Of a stretch of DNA of 64,000 nt, positions 9,593-17,426 are shown piece after piece (within the stretch, counting starts at the first letter, position 1; each line of letters starts with the position of its first letter). The DNA comes from Blastococcus saxobsidens DD2 (GTDB lineage: Bacteria > Actinomycetota > Actinomycetes > Mycobacteriales > Geodermatophilaceae): positions 225,541 through 289,540 of the forward strand of contig NC_016943.1 in NCBI RefSeq assembly GCF_000284015.1, in the 5' to 3' direction. The notes under the pieces are model-generated. The model was not told the origin of the DNA. It saw only the letters and a list, made by a program, of their open reading frames with translations, and did not search any database. A program made the position numbers and the translations under genes.

Positions 9593-11068
9593 TCAGACGG
9601 TCGCCGGGGTCCGTCCGCGCGGACGCCGGCGGGCGGCCTTCACCCGGTACATGGCGGCGTCCGACGAGGCCAGTGCCGAGTCCGCGGTGTGGCCGGGGCC
9701 GCAGAGCGCGACCCCGATGCTGATGCCGACCGCGTGCTCGGCGCCCCCGGCCCGGCGCAGCGGCGCGTCGAAGGCGGCCGTGATGCGGTCGGCGATCACC
9801 TGGGCGGCCGCCTCCGAGCCGACCTCGGGGCAGAGCACGACGAACTCGTCGCCGCCGATCCGCGCGACGGTGTCGCCGGGGCGCACCTCGGCAGCCAGCC
9901 GGCGCGACGCCTGGACCAGCACCTCGTCGCCCGCCGCGTGCCCCGCGGAGTCGTTCACCGGCTTGAACCCGTCGAGGTCGCAGTAGAGCACCGCCATCGG
10001 CCGCTGCGCGCGCTCGGCGGCGGCCAGGCTCTGGTCCAGCCGGTCCAGCAGGAGGTTGCGGTTGGGCAGCCCGGTCAGGGGGTCGTGCAGGGCCGCCTCG
10101 CGCAGCGCGGCCTCCAGGGCCCGCTGCTCGGTGACGTCGGTGGAGGTCAGGACGAGGCCCAGCAGGTTGCCGTCGTCGTCGTGCACCCGGGCGCCGGAGG
10201 TGGAGATCCGCCGCGGCGGCCGGCCGGGCACGGCGATCGCGATCTCGGTGGCATCGAGCCGGCCATCGGCGAGGACCCGCCGGAGCGGCACCTGGTCAGG
10301 CTGCAGCGGGGTGCCGTCGGTGTCGGTGAGCGAGAAGGTCTCCACGAGGTCGTCGGGCTCCACCGTGAGATCGACGTCCAGCCCGTGCCAGTCGCGGAAG
10401 GTGGCGTTGAAGAGGGTCACCCGCCCCTCCGGGTCGGCGCCGATGACGCCCACGGGGAGCACCTCGAGCAGGGCGCGGGTGAAGGCGGTGGAGCGGGCCA
10501 GCTGCTGGTGCGCGCGGGCGGTCTCGGCGCGGGCGAGGTGGCTGGCCGCGGCGAGATCGGCCAGCTGGCGGGCCTGCTGGCCGGCGCGCACCAGCGACGC
10601 GACGGCGGTCGCGACGTCGGCGAGCCGGCCGCGTTCCTCGTCGGTAAAGGTGTGCGGAGCGTCGTCGAAGACGCAGATCGCGGCCAGCATCACGCCGTCC
10701 ACCAGCACCGGCACGCAGCCGAAGGCCCGCATCCGGCCGCGGCGCCCGTCGACCCAGGGGCTCCGGCCGAACCCCGGCTCCAGGATCAGGTCGTCGCAGG
10801 TCTGCACCCCGCTTCCGCGCGCGAGCACCGTGGCGACGATGGATCCCTCGCGGGGCCAGGCCGCGCCGCGGAAGCCGTGGACCGCCATCACCCGCATGAC
10901 GGCGGTGTCCATGGTGATCACCGCCGCGCAGCGCATGCCCGTCACGGCGGCGGCGACCCGCACCAGGCCGTCGAGAGCCGGGTCGGCGTCCATGACCGGG
11001 AGCTCGCGATCCGGTGCCGCGGCACCGGTACGGCCGAGCTCCGGTGCGGGCTCGGCCGCGCTGGTCAT
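9593..11068 (-). CDS. GAF-PAS-GGDEF diguanylate cyclase
   Basis: GAF-like N-terminus, PAS (VTLFNATFRDWHG), and a GGDEF domain with a canonical RIGGDEF motif. Confidence 0.8.
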   Translation of the reverse strand: MTSAAEPAPELGRTGAAAPDRELPVMDADPALDGLVRVAAAVTGMRCAAVITMDTAVMRVMAVHGFRGAAWPREGSIVATVLARGSGVQTCDDLILEPGFGRSPWVDGRRGRMRAFGCVPVLVDGVMLAAICVFDDAPHTFTDEERGRLADVATAVASLVRAGQQARQLADLAAASHLARAETARAHQQLARSTAFTRALLEVLPVGVIGADPEGRVTLFNATFRDWHGLDVDLTVEPDDLVETFSLTDTDGTPLQPDQVPLRRVLADGRLDATEIAIAVPGRPPRRISTSGARVHDDDGNLLGLVLTSTDVTEQRALEAALREAALHDPLTGLPNRNLLLDRLDQSLAAAERAQRPMAVLYCDLDGFKPVNDSAGHAAGDEVLVQASRRLAAEVRPGDTVARIGGDEFVVLCPEVGSEAAAQVIADRITAAFDAPLRRAGGAEHAVGISIGVALCGPGHTADSALASSDAAMYRVKAARRRPRGRTPATV

Positions 11069-11310
11069 CCTGGTATCCCTCCGGTACGGCCGGCGACTCC
11101 GATCCGTTCAGTTTCGCAACGGCGCGAACGGTAGCGCGATCGAGGCCCGCCGGGGGAGTTCCCCCGCACGGGTGGCTCTCCGGCCTGCACCGCACGTCCC
11201 GGCTCCGGAAATCGCGGGCGCGGCCGGGGGTTCCCGAGTACCGTCCGGCCATGCGCCGACATTGATCCCCCTCGCTGCCCGGGGCGGCCCGGCCGATCGC
11301 GCGGCTGGCC

Positions 11311-12426
11311 GTGGGCTGGGCCGCGCTCTCCGAGCTGGTGCCGCTCTATCCCCTCTACGCCCTACTCTTCCTCGACACGGGCGTGTCCGGCGCCGAGCTG
11401 TCGCTGCTGTTCGGCCTCTGGTCGGTCACCGGACTGCTGGCCGAGGTCCCCGCGGGGGTGCTCGCCGACCGCTGGTCGCGGCGGGGAGTGCTGGCGCTCT
11501 CCGGGGTGTTGCAGGCCGCCGCGTTCGTCCTCTGGACCGCGGCGCCCTCGCTCGCCTCGTTCGCCGCGGGCTTCGTCGTCTGGGGACTCGGGGGGGCGTG
11601 CTCCTCGGGCACCGCGGAGGCCCTGGTCCACGACGCGCTGGCCGACGTCGGTGCGGCGGAGTGCTTCCCCCGGGTGAACGGCGCCATGACGGCGGCCGAG
11701 CTGCTCGTGCAGGTGCCGACGGCGCTCGCCGCGACCGCCCTGCACGCCGTCGGCGGCTACCCGCTGGTCGGCTGGGCCAGCGTCGCGGTCTGCCTGGCCG
11801 CCGCGGCCCTGGCGCTGCGCCTCCCCGACCCGCGGCCGGGCGCCGACGAGGACGTCGCGGGCTCGGTGCGCGCCGGCCTGGTCCAGGCGCTGCGGCGCCC
11901 CGCGCTGCTGGTGGCGGTCGTGGCGGTCGCGCTGGTCGGGGGGCTCGACGGGATGGAGGAGTACTTCCCGGTGGTCGCTGCCGACCTCGGGGTGCCCGTG
12001 GGCGCGGTCCCGGTCGTCGTGCTCGCCGCCTCGCTGGCGGGCGCGGCCGGCGCCACCCTCGGCGGCCGGCTGGTCCGGCCCCCGGCGCGGATCCTGGCCG
12101 CGGTGCTGCTGGCGGCCGGGGCGGGCCTCCTCCTGGTCCCGGTGGTGACCCCGCCGGTCGCCCTGGCCGCGCTGGCGGTGGCCTACGGCCTGTACCTGGC
12201 GGTGCTCGTGGCCGCCGAGGCGGAGCTGCAGCGGCGGATCACCGGGCCCTACCGGGCGACGGTCACCTCGGTGGCCGGCCTGGGCGTCGAGCTGTCGGCG
12301 CTGCTGGTGTTCGCGGCCTGGGCCCTGGGCGGGGTGGCCGCCGTGGGTCTGCTCGTGCTCGCCGTCGCCCCGGTGGCGGCCGCGGGGCTGAGCACGCGCG
12401 GACCGAGCCGGCGGAACTGCGGCTGA
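11311..12426 (+). CDS. MFS transporter
   Basis: Multiple TM helices and the MFS loop motif ADRWSRRGVL. GTG start at 11311. Confidence 0.65.
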   Translation: MGWAALSELVPLYPLYALLFLDTGVSGAELSLLFGLWSVTGLLAEVPAGVLADRWSRRGVLALSGVLQAAAFVLWTAAPSLASFAAGFVVWGLGGACSSGTAEALVHDALADVGAAECFPRVNGAMTAAELLVQVPTALAATALHAVGGYPLVGWASVAVCLAAAALALRLPDPRPGADEDVAGSVRAGLVQALRRPALLVAVVAVALVGGLDGMEEYFPVVAADLGVPVGAVPVVVLAASLAGAAGATLGGRLVRPPARILAAVLLAAGAGLLLVPVVTPPVALAALAVAYGLYLAVLVAAEAELQRRITGPYRATVTSVAGLGVELSALLVFAAWALGGVAAVGLLVLAVAPVAAAGLSTRGPSRRNCG

Positions 12427-12503
12427 CGTGGGGCCGGTCGGACCGGCCGGGCCGCGCGGCTGGTCCGCGCCGTTTCGTCGGTACCGCCGGGCAGGATGCC
12501 GCC

Positions 12504-12914
12504 ATGGGGTACGAGAACACGTTCATCGCCGTCGCCACGGACTGCCGGGCGACCACGGGCGAGGTGCCACCGGAGCGGGCCGCCGGCCCCACGGTGGCCG
12601 GCACGCAGTACGCGATGCTCGCGGCCCGCCCGGGCGGGTGGACCCAGGAGGAGGTCCTGCTGGCCTCCTCCCCGGCCGTCCGCGGGCGTACCGGCGTCGA
12701 CGACGACGAGCTGGCCCGGCTGCGCGAGGAGTACTTCGCCCAGCCGCGCGCCTGCCTGCGCGCCTCGCCGCTGCCGAAGACGTACGGCTGGGGCCTGCAC
12801 TACGACGCCGAGGGCCGGATCACGCTGCACGCAGTGGATTCCCCCGAGTACGCCCGGCTGGCCGGCGACCCGGCACTCACCCAGCTGCGCGCCATGCGGT
12901 CCAGCCGCGGCTGA
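12504..12914 (+). CDS. DUF6157 family protein
   Basis: Starts MGYENTFIAVATDC, which matches the DUF6157 N-terminal signature as I recall it. 136 aa. Confidence 0.45.
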   Translation: MGYENTFIAVATDCRATTGEVPPERAAGPTVAGTQYAMLAARPGGWTQEEVLLASSPAVRGRTGVDDDELARLREEYFAQPRACLRASPLPKTYGWGLHYDAEGRITLHAVDSPEYARLAGDPALTQLRAMRSSRG

Positions 12915-12924
12915 CCGGCAGGCG

Positions 12925-14142
12925 TCAGCTCCACAACGGCGGGGCGGCGGGCGCGGACGGGGGCGTCGTCGGCGCGACCGGATGGGCGGCCTCCGCGGCG
13001 GCGGTGGCCGCCCGCAGCACCTCCTTGACCGGCAGGCCGAGGCCCCGGGCCAGGGCGGCGACGTCCTCGAACTCGACGCTCACGTTCACCGGCCGCCCGC
13101 CGGAGACGGCGAGCTTCACCCGCACCTGCCCGCCGAGCACGTCCACGGCCGCCTGCGCCCGTTCCAGCTCCACCTTGCCGACGTGGACCACCCGCAGGCC
13201 GATGGTCGACGTCGTCGCGAAGACGGCGGCCTGGACCGCCGCCACGGCGCCGGGCCGGCAGAGCACCGAGAGGGTGTGCGCCGGGCGGCCCTTCTTCATC
13301 AGGATCGGCGTCAGCCAGGCGTCGGAGGCGCCCGCCGCCAGCAGTGCGTCGAGCACGCCCGGCCACAGCCGGGGGTCGAGGTCGTCGACGTTGGCCTCGA
13401 GCACCACCGGCCGCGCCGGGGCCGGCTCGGCCGGTTCGCCGAGCACCAGCCGGACGACGTTGGGCAGCTCCGCCGGATCCCGCCGCCCGGCGCCGGTGCC
13501 CACCCGCTCCGGGCGCAGCGCGGGCAGGGTCGTCCACTCGTCCACCCGGGCAGCGAGCAGCGCCGCGCCCGTGGGGGTGCACATCTCGGCGGCCACGGCC
13601 CCGGCGTGCACCGGCACCCCGGCCAGCAGCTCCAGCACGGCGGGGCCGGGCACGGGGACGACGCCGTGCGCGCCGCGGGCCGAGCCGCTGCCCAGCGCCA
13701 CGGGAGAGGCGGTCAGCCGGTCGAGCTCCAGGTACTCCAGGCAGGCGATCACCCCCACCACGTCGGCCAGCGCGTCCAGGGCCCCGACCTCGTGGAAGTG
13801 CACCTGCTCCGGGTCGGTGCGGTGCACCCGGCCCTCGGCCACGGCCAGCCGCTCGAACACGGCCAGGGCGCCGTCGCGCACCGGTGCCGGCAGGGCGGAG
13901 GCGGCCAGCAGCGACCGGACGTCGGCCCAGGTGCGGGTGGTGTCCGACGGCGAGGTGCGCACGTGGACGCGGATGGCGCCCAGCCCGTGCCGGGTGACCT
14001 GCTCGGTCTCCAGGACGACGTGCTCGACCGGCAGCGCGGCCACCGCCTCGGCCGGCACGTCCAGCGGCACCCCGGCGTCCACCATCGCGCCGAGCAGCAT
14101 GTCGCCCGACGCCCCGGCCGCCAGGTCCAGCCACGCGATCAC
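12925..14142 (-). CDS. larC: LarC-family nickel insertion protein (nickel-pincer nucleotide cofactor biosynthesis)
   Basis: N-terminal WLDLAAGASGDMLLGAMVDAG (the DUF111/LarC GISGDM-type motif). Full length, about 405 aa. GTG start at 14142 overlaps a TGA at 14139-14141. Confidence 0.8.
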   Translation of the reverse strand: MIAWLDLAAGASGDMLLGAMVDAGVPLDVPAEAVAALPVEHVVLETEQVTRHGLGAIRVHVRTSPSDTTRTWADVRSLLAASALPAPVRDGALAVFERLAVAEGRVHRTDPEQVHFHEVGALDALADVVGVIACLEYLELDRLTASPVALGSGSARGAHGVVPVPGPAVLELLAGVPVHAGAVAAEMCTPTGAALLAARVDEWTTLPALRPERVGTGAGRRDPAELPNVVRLVLGEPAEPAPARPVVLEANVDDLDPRLWPGVLDALLAAGASDAWLTPILMKKGRPAHTLSVLCRPGAVAAVQAAVFATTSTIGLRVVHVGKVELERAQAAVDVLGGQVRVKLAVSGGRPVNVSVEFEDVAALARGLGLPVKEVLRAATAAAEAAHPVAPTTPPSAPAAPPLWS

Positions 14143-14159
14143 ACTGTCGTCCTCCGGAC

Positions 14160-14579
14160 GACACCGCGGCCGGGTGCCGTCCCCCGGTCGCGCGGAGCCG
14201 TGGCCGTCACTCCTCGCGGGACCCTGCGGGCCCCACTCGTCGCGACACCGCGGCCAGGTGCCGTCCCCCGGTCGCGCGGAGCCGTGGCCGTCACTCCTCG
14301 CGGGACCCTGCGGGCCCCACTCGTCGCGACACCGCGGCCAGGTGCCGTCCCCCGGTCGCGCGGAGCCGTGGCCGTCACTCCTCGCGGGACCCTGCGGGCC
14401 CCACTCGTCGCGACACCGCGGCCAGGTGCCGTCCCCCGGTCGCGCGGAGCCGTGGCCGTCACTCCTCGCGGGACCCTGCGGGCCCCACTCGTCGCGACAC
14501 CGCGGCCAGGTGCCGTCCCCCGGTCGCGCGGAGCCGTGGCCGTCACTCCTCGCGGGACCCTCCCGGCACCCGCTCGTCG
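14160..14579. repeat. tandem array of five 84-bp direct repeats (copies 2-4 near perfect)
   Basis: Unit GACACCGCGGCCAGGTGCCGTCCCCCGGTCGCGCGGAGCCGTGGCCGTCACTCCTCGCGGGACCCTGCGGGCCCCACTCGTCGC at 14160, 14244, 14328, 14412 and 14496. First copy has cGGGtg. Last copy diverges over its final ~20 nt. Confidence 0.9.
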
Positions 14580-14584
14580 GAAGA

Positions 14585-17353
14585 TCATGTCCTCCCGCCG
14601 CTCCTCCGGCTCACCCGCGCCGCGAAGACACCCGCCGAGTAGCCGTTGTCGATGGTGCTCACCACGACCCCCGGTGCGGAGGAGTTGAGCATCGTCATGA
14701 GCGCCCCCAGGCCACCGAACGCGCTGGGCTGCCCGGCGGAGGTGGGCACGGCGACCACGGGGACGTCGGTGAGCGGGCCGATCGCCGTCGCCAGGGCGGC
14801 GTCCATGCCGGCGACCACCACGAGGCAGTCGGCGACCAGCGAGCCGTCGTCCAGCAGGGCGTGCACCCGCCTGGGGGAGACGGCGTCCAGCCGCGTGACG
14901 GCCGTACCGGCCACCCGCGCGACGAACGCCACCTCCGCGGCGACCGGGGCGTCGGCGCCACTCGCGCAGAGCACGGTGGTGCGGCCGAGCGGCTCCGGCA
15001 CCGGGCCCACCGCTGCGGCCATCGCCGTGGCGTCCAGAGTCGTGGCCGAGCCGTGCTCGGCGGCCAGCGCCACCAGCGTCTCCGGTGCCGCGCGCAGCAC
15101 GAGCGCCGGGCGGTCCGGGTGCTCGCGCCGCGCCTCGCGGACCAGCGCCTGCACCTGCTCGGTGCTGCGGCCGGTGGCCCACACGACCTCTGGCTCTCCC
15201 GCGGCGACGGGCGTGGGCCCGGTCGGCTGCGGGAACCGGGGGAGCGGCCCGAGCAGGGGCTCGCCGGGCCGGTCGCTGCCCAGCGGCGGGTGCGGCGGAT
15301 CCAGCAGCGGCGCGAAGCCGGTGGCCTCGTCGCGCACGGCGGCCAACGCCCGGCGGGCGTCGTCCAGCGGGGTGGCAGCCACCGGCACCGGGACGGCGTC
15401 GGGCACGGGGGCGGGAGCGGCCGGCGCATCCGGTGCACCGCCCGGGGCGCGGGTCTGGGTGAGCGCCGAGAGCCGTACGACCTGGTCCCGTCCGCTGCGC
15501 TTGGCGTCGTAGAGCACGCCGTCGGCCGCGGCGAACAGGGTCTTGCGGTCGTCGCCGCGGGTGGCCGAGGCGATGCCGGCGCTGATGGTGACCGGCACGT
15601 CGAGGCCCAGCTCCACCCACGGGTAGCGGGCGACCGCGGCGCGGATGCGCTCCAGCGCTCGCTCGCCCTGCTCGGCGGTGGTGTCGGGGAGCAGGATGAC
15701 GAACTCGTCGCCGGCCCAGCGGCACACCTCGTCGGTGTCGCGGACGCCGGCCACCAGCAGCTCCCCGACCACGCGCAGCACGGCGTCGCCGCCGGGATGC
15801 CCGATCGAGTCGTTGATCGACTTGAACCGGTCGACGTCGACCACGGCCAGGGCCGGGACGCCGCCGGCGGCCAGCAGGCCGTCGAGCCGCGCCTCGGCGT
15901 AACGCCGGTTCGGCAGGTGCGTGAGCGGGTCCTCGTAGGCCTGCCGGCGCAGCTGGCCGGCGGCCCGCTCGGTCTCCAGCAGGCTCTTGCGGCGGCCGAA
16001 CAGCTCCACCCAGCGGGTGCGCCGCTCGTCGACCCGGTCCAGCTCGTCGGCCAGGTAGGCCTGCAGGTAGGGGAGCGCCCGGCCGGCGTCGTCGAGGTCC
16101 GTTTGCAGCGTGCACAGCTCGCGCAGCGCCGCCCGGCGCAGCCGGGGCAGGCCGTGCTCGGTGGCGAGGCCGAGCGCGGCGACGAGGTGCTCGTCGGCGG
16201 CCCGGCCCTCCCCCTGCCGGCGCAGGGCCCGGCCCAGCGCGAGTCGCGCCGAGGCCAGCCGGTCCCGGTCGGCGGCGGCCGCGGAGAGCCGGACGGCGGC
16301 GCGCAGCGGCCCGGTCGCCGCGGCGTGCTCGCCCAGGCCCACCAGCGCCCAGCCGTGCACCACCTGGGCGGCCACGATGCCGGCCGCGTCCGGGGGCAGC
16401 TGCGCCAGGGCCTGCTCGGCCAGCTCGCGGGCCTCGGTGAAGTAGGGGGCGGCGGAGTCGGGCGCTCCGTCGTCGAGCAGCCCCTCGCCGAGCTCGGCGC
16501 ACAGCTCGCCGAGGCGGGTGGCGGCGACGGCGACGAGGACGTCGGGGTCGGTGTCCTCCGGGCCGAGGACGGCGGGGTCGGCGGCGGCCGCCTGCGCCGT
16601 CTCGTGCGCGCGCCGCTGGTAGTCGAGCGCGAGCGGCATGAGCTCGAGGTCGGCCAGGACGCCGGCCAGCGTGCCCAGCGTGTCGACCAGCAGCGCGCTG
16701 GGCGGGAGGGCCGGGTCGAGCAGGCTCGCGGCCTCCACGGCCTCGTCCATCGCGGCGTCGATCCGCCGGGAGAGCAGTTCGATGCGGGCGTGGCGGGCGA
16801 GCCCCGCGGCCCGCTGGAGGTCGTCGTCGGCGGCGTCGAACGCGGCCTTGGCCGAGCGGACGAGGGCGATGGCCAGCGCGGCCCGGGAGGCCGACTCCGA
16901 GCGCGGGTCGGCGTCCTCGCGGGAGGGCGCGCCGTTGCCGTCGATCAGCTCGGCGACCCCCGCGTGCAGGTCGAGCGCCGGCTCGGCGGGGGAGTCGCCG
17001 GCCACCGGATCGCCGACGAGGGTGAACCCGGCGACGCGCAGCCGGCGCACCAGCAGCTCGGCGCGCAGCGTGTCCGCCCACGCCCGGCCCAGCGACGTCG
17101 GGGCACCGTCGGGAACGTCGGCGGTCGGCACGGCCGCGACGTACGGCGACGGGTCCCGCTCGACCCCGGCGAGCAGCTGCTCGGCGTCGTCGAGCTGCCA
17201 GTTGCTCAGGGCGGCGGTCACCCGGTGGTGCAGGGCTCCCGGTGGCACGAGCGCACTGTGCATGTCGTTACTGACCGTGTCGAGCACGTCACTGAGAACG
17301 CGCCGTCCCCCGTCCGTCGTGTCCCTCCCGTCCCACGCGTGCGGGAAGCTCAC
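14585..17353 (-). CDS. TPR-like / GGDEF (AGDEF variant) / LarB-like fusion protein (922-aa uninterrupted ORF)
   Basis: N-terminal ~450 aa of helical repeats. GGDEF domain (LTHLPNRR ... RWAGDEFVILLP ... DAKRSGRDQVV), approx 15430-15950. Pro-rich linker. C-terminal ~235 aa PurE-fold LarB-like domain (PEVVWATGRSTEQV ... PVVAVPTSAGQPSAFGGLGALMTMLNSSAPGVVVSTIDNGYSAG), approx 14585-15290. One frame with no stop. larC lies directly downstream. Confidence 0.7.
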   Translation of the reverse strand: MSFPHAWDGRDTTDGGRRVLSDVLDTVSNDMHSALVPPGALHHRVTAALSNWQLDDAEQLLAGVERDPSPYVAAVPTADVPDGAPTSLGRAWADTLRAELLVRRLRVAGFTLVGDPVAGDSPAEPALDLHAGVAELIDGNGAPSREDADPRSESASRAALAIALVRSAKAAFDAADDDLQRAAGLARHARIELLSRRIDAAMDEAVEAASLLDPALPPSALLVDTLGTLAGVLADLELMPLALDYQRRAHETAQAAAADPAVLGPEDTDPDVLVAVAATRLGELCAELGEGLLDDGAPDSAAPYFTEARELAEQALAQLPPDAAGIVAAQVVHGWALVGLGEHAAATGPLRAAVRLSAAAADRDRLASARLALGRALRRQGEGRAADEHLVAALGLATEHGLPRLRRAALRELCTLQTDLDDAGRALPYLQAYLADELDRVDERRTRWVELFGRRKSLLETERAAGQLRRQAYEDPLTHLPNRRYAEARLDGLLAAGGVPALAVVDVDRFKSINDSIGHPGGDAVLRVVGELLVAGVRDTDEVCRWAGDEFVILLPDTTAEQGERALERIRAAVARYPWVELGLDVPVTISAGIASATRGDDRKTLFAAADGVLYDAKRSGRDQVVRLSALTQTRAPGGAPDAPAAPAPVPDAVPVPVAATPLDDARRALAAVRDEATGFAPLLDPPHPPLGSDRPGEPLLGPLPRFPQPTGPTPVAAGEPEVVWATGRSTEQVQALVREARREHPDRPALVLRAAPETLVALAAEHGSATTLDATAMAAAVGPVPEPLGRTTVLCASGADAPVAAEVAFVARVAGTAVTRLDAVSPRRVHALLDDGSLVADCLVVVAGMDAALATAIGPLTDVPVVAVPTSAGQPSAFGGLGALMTMLNSSAPGVVVSTIDNGYSAGVFAARVSRRSGGRT

Positions 17354-17426
17354 GTGCTCTCCTCGCTGGCGCTCGTCGACCGCGTTCGCGACGCTGCTGT
17401 GCCCTCCGGTGAGCTCGCAAGCTCGC

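Noticed and set aside
14160-14579. 84-bp tandem array considered as a CRISPR array
   Set aside because: The units are contiguous with no unique spacers, 84 bp is far longer than CRISPR repeats, and no cas genes are nearby.
12496-14688. Plus-strand reading of the repeats (AVAVTPRGTLRAPLVATPRPGAVPRSRG x5) as a repetitive protein
   Set aside because: It is antisense to larC and the LarB-fusion. It is part of a 730-aa artefactual frame. It has no start/stop coupling like the minus-strand frame.
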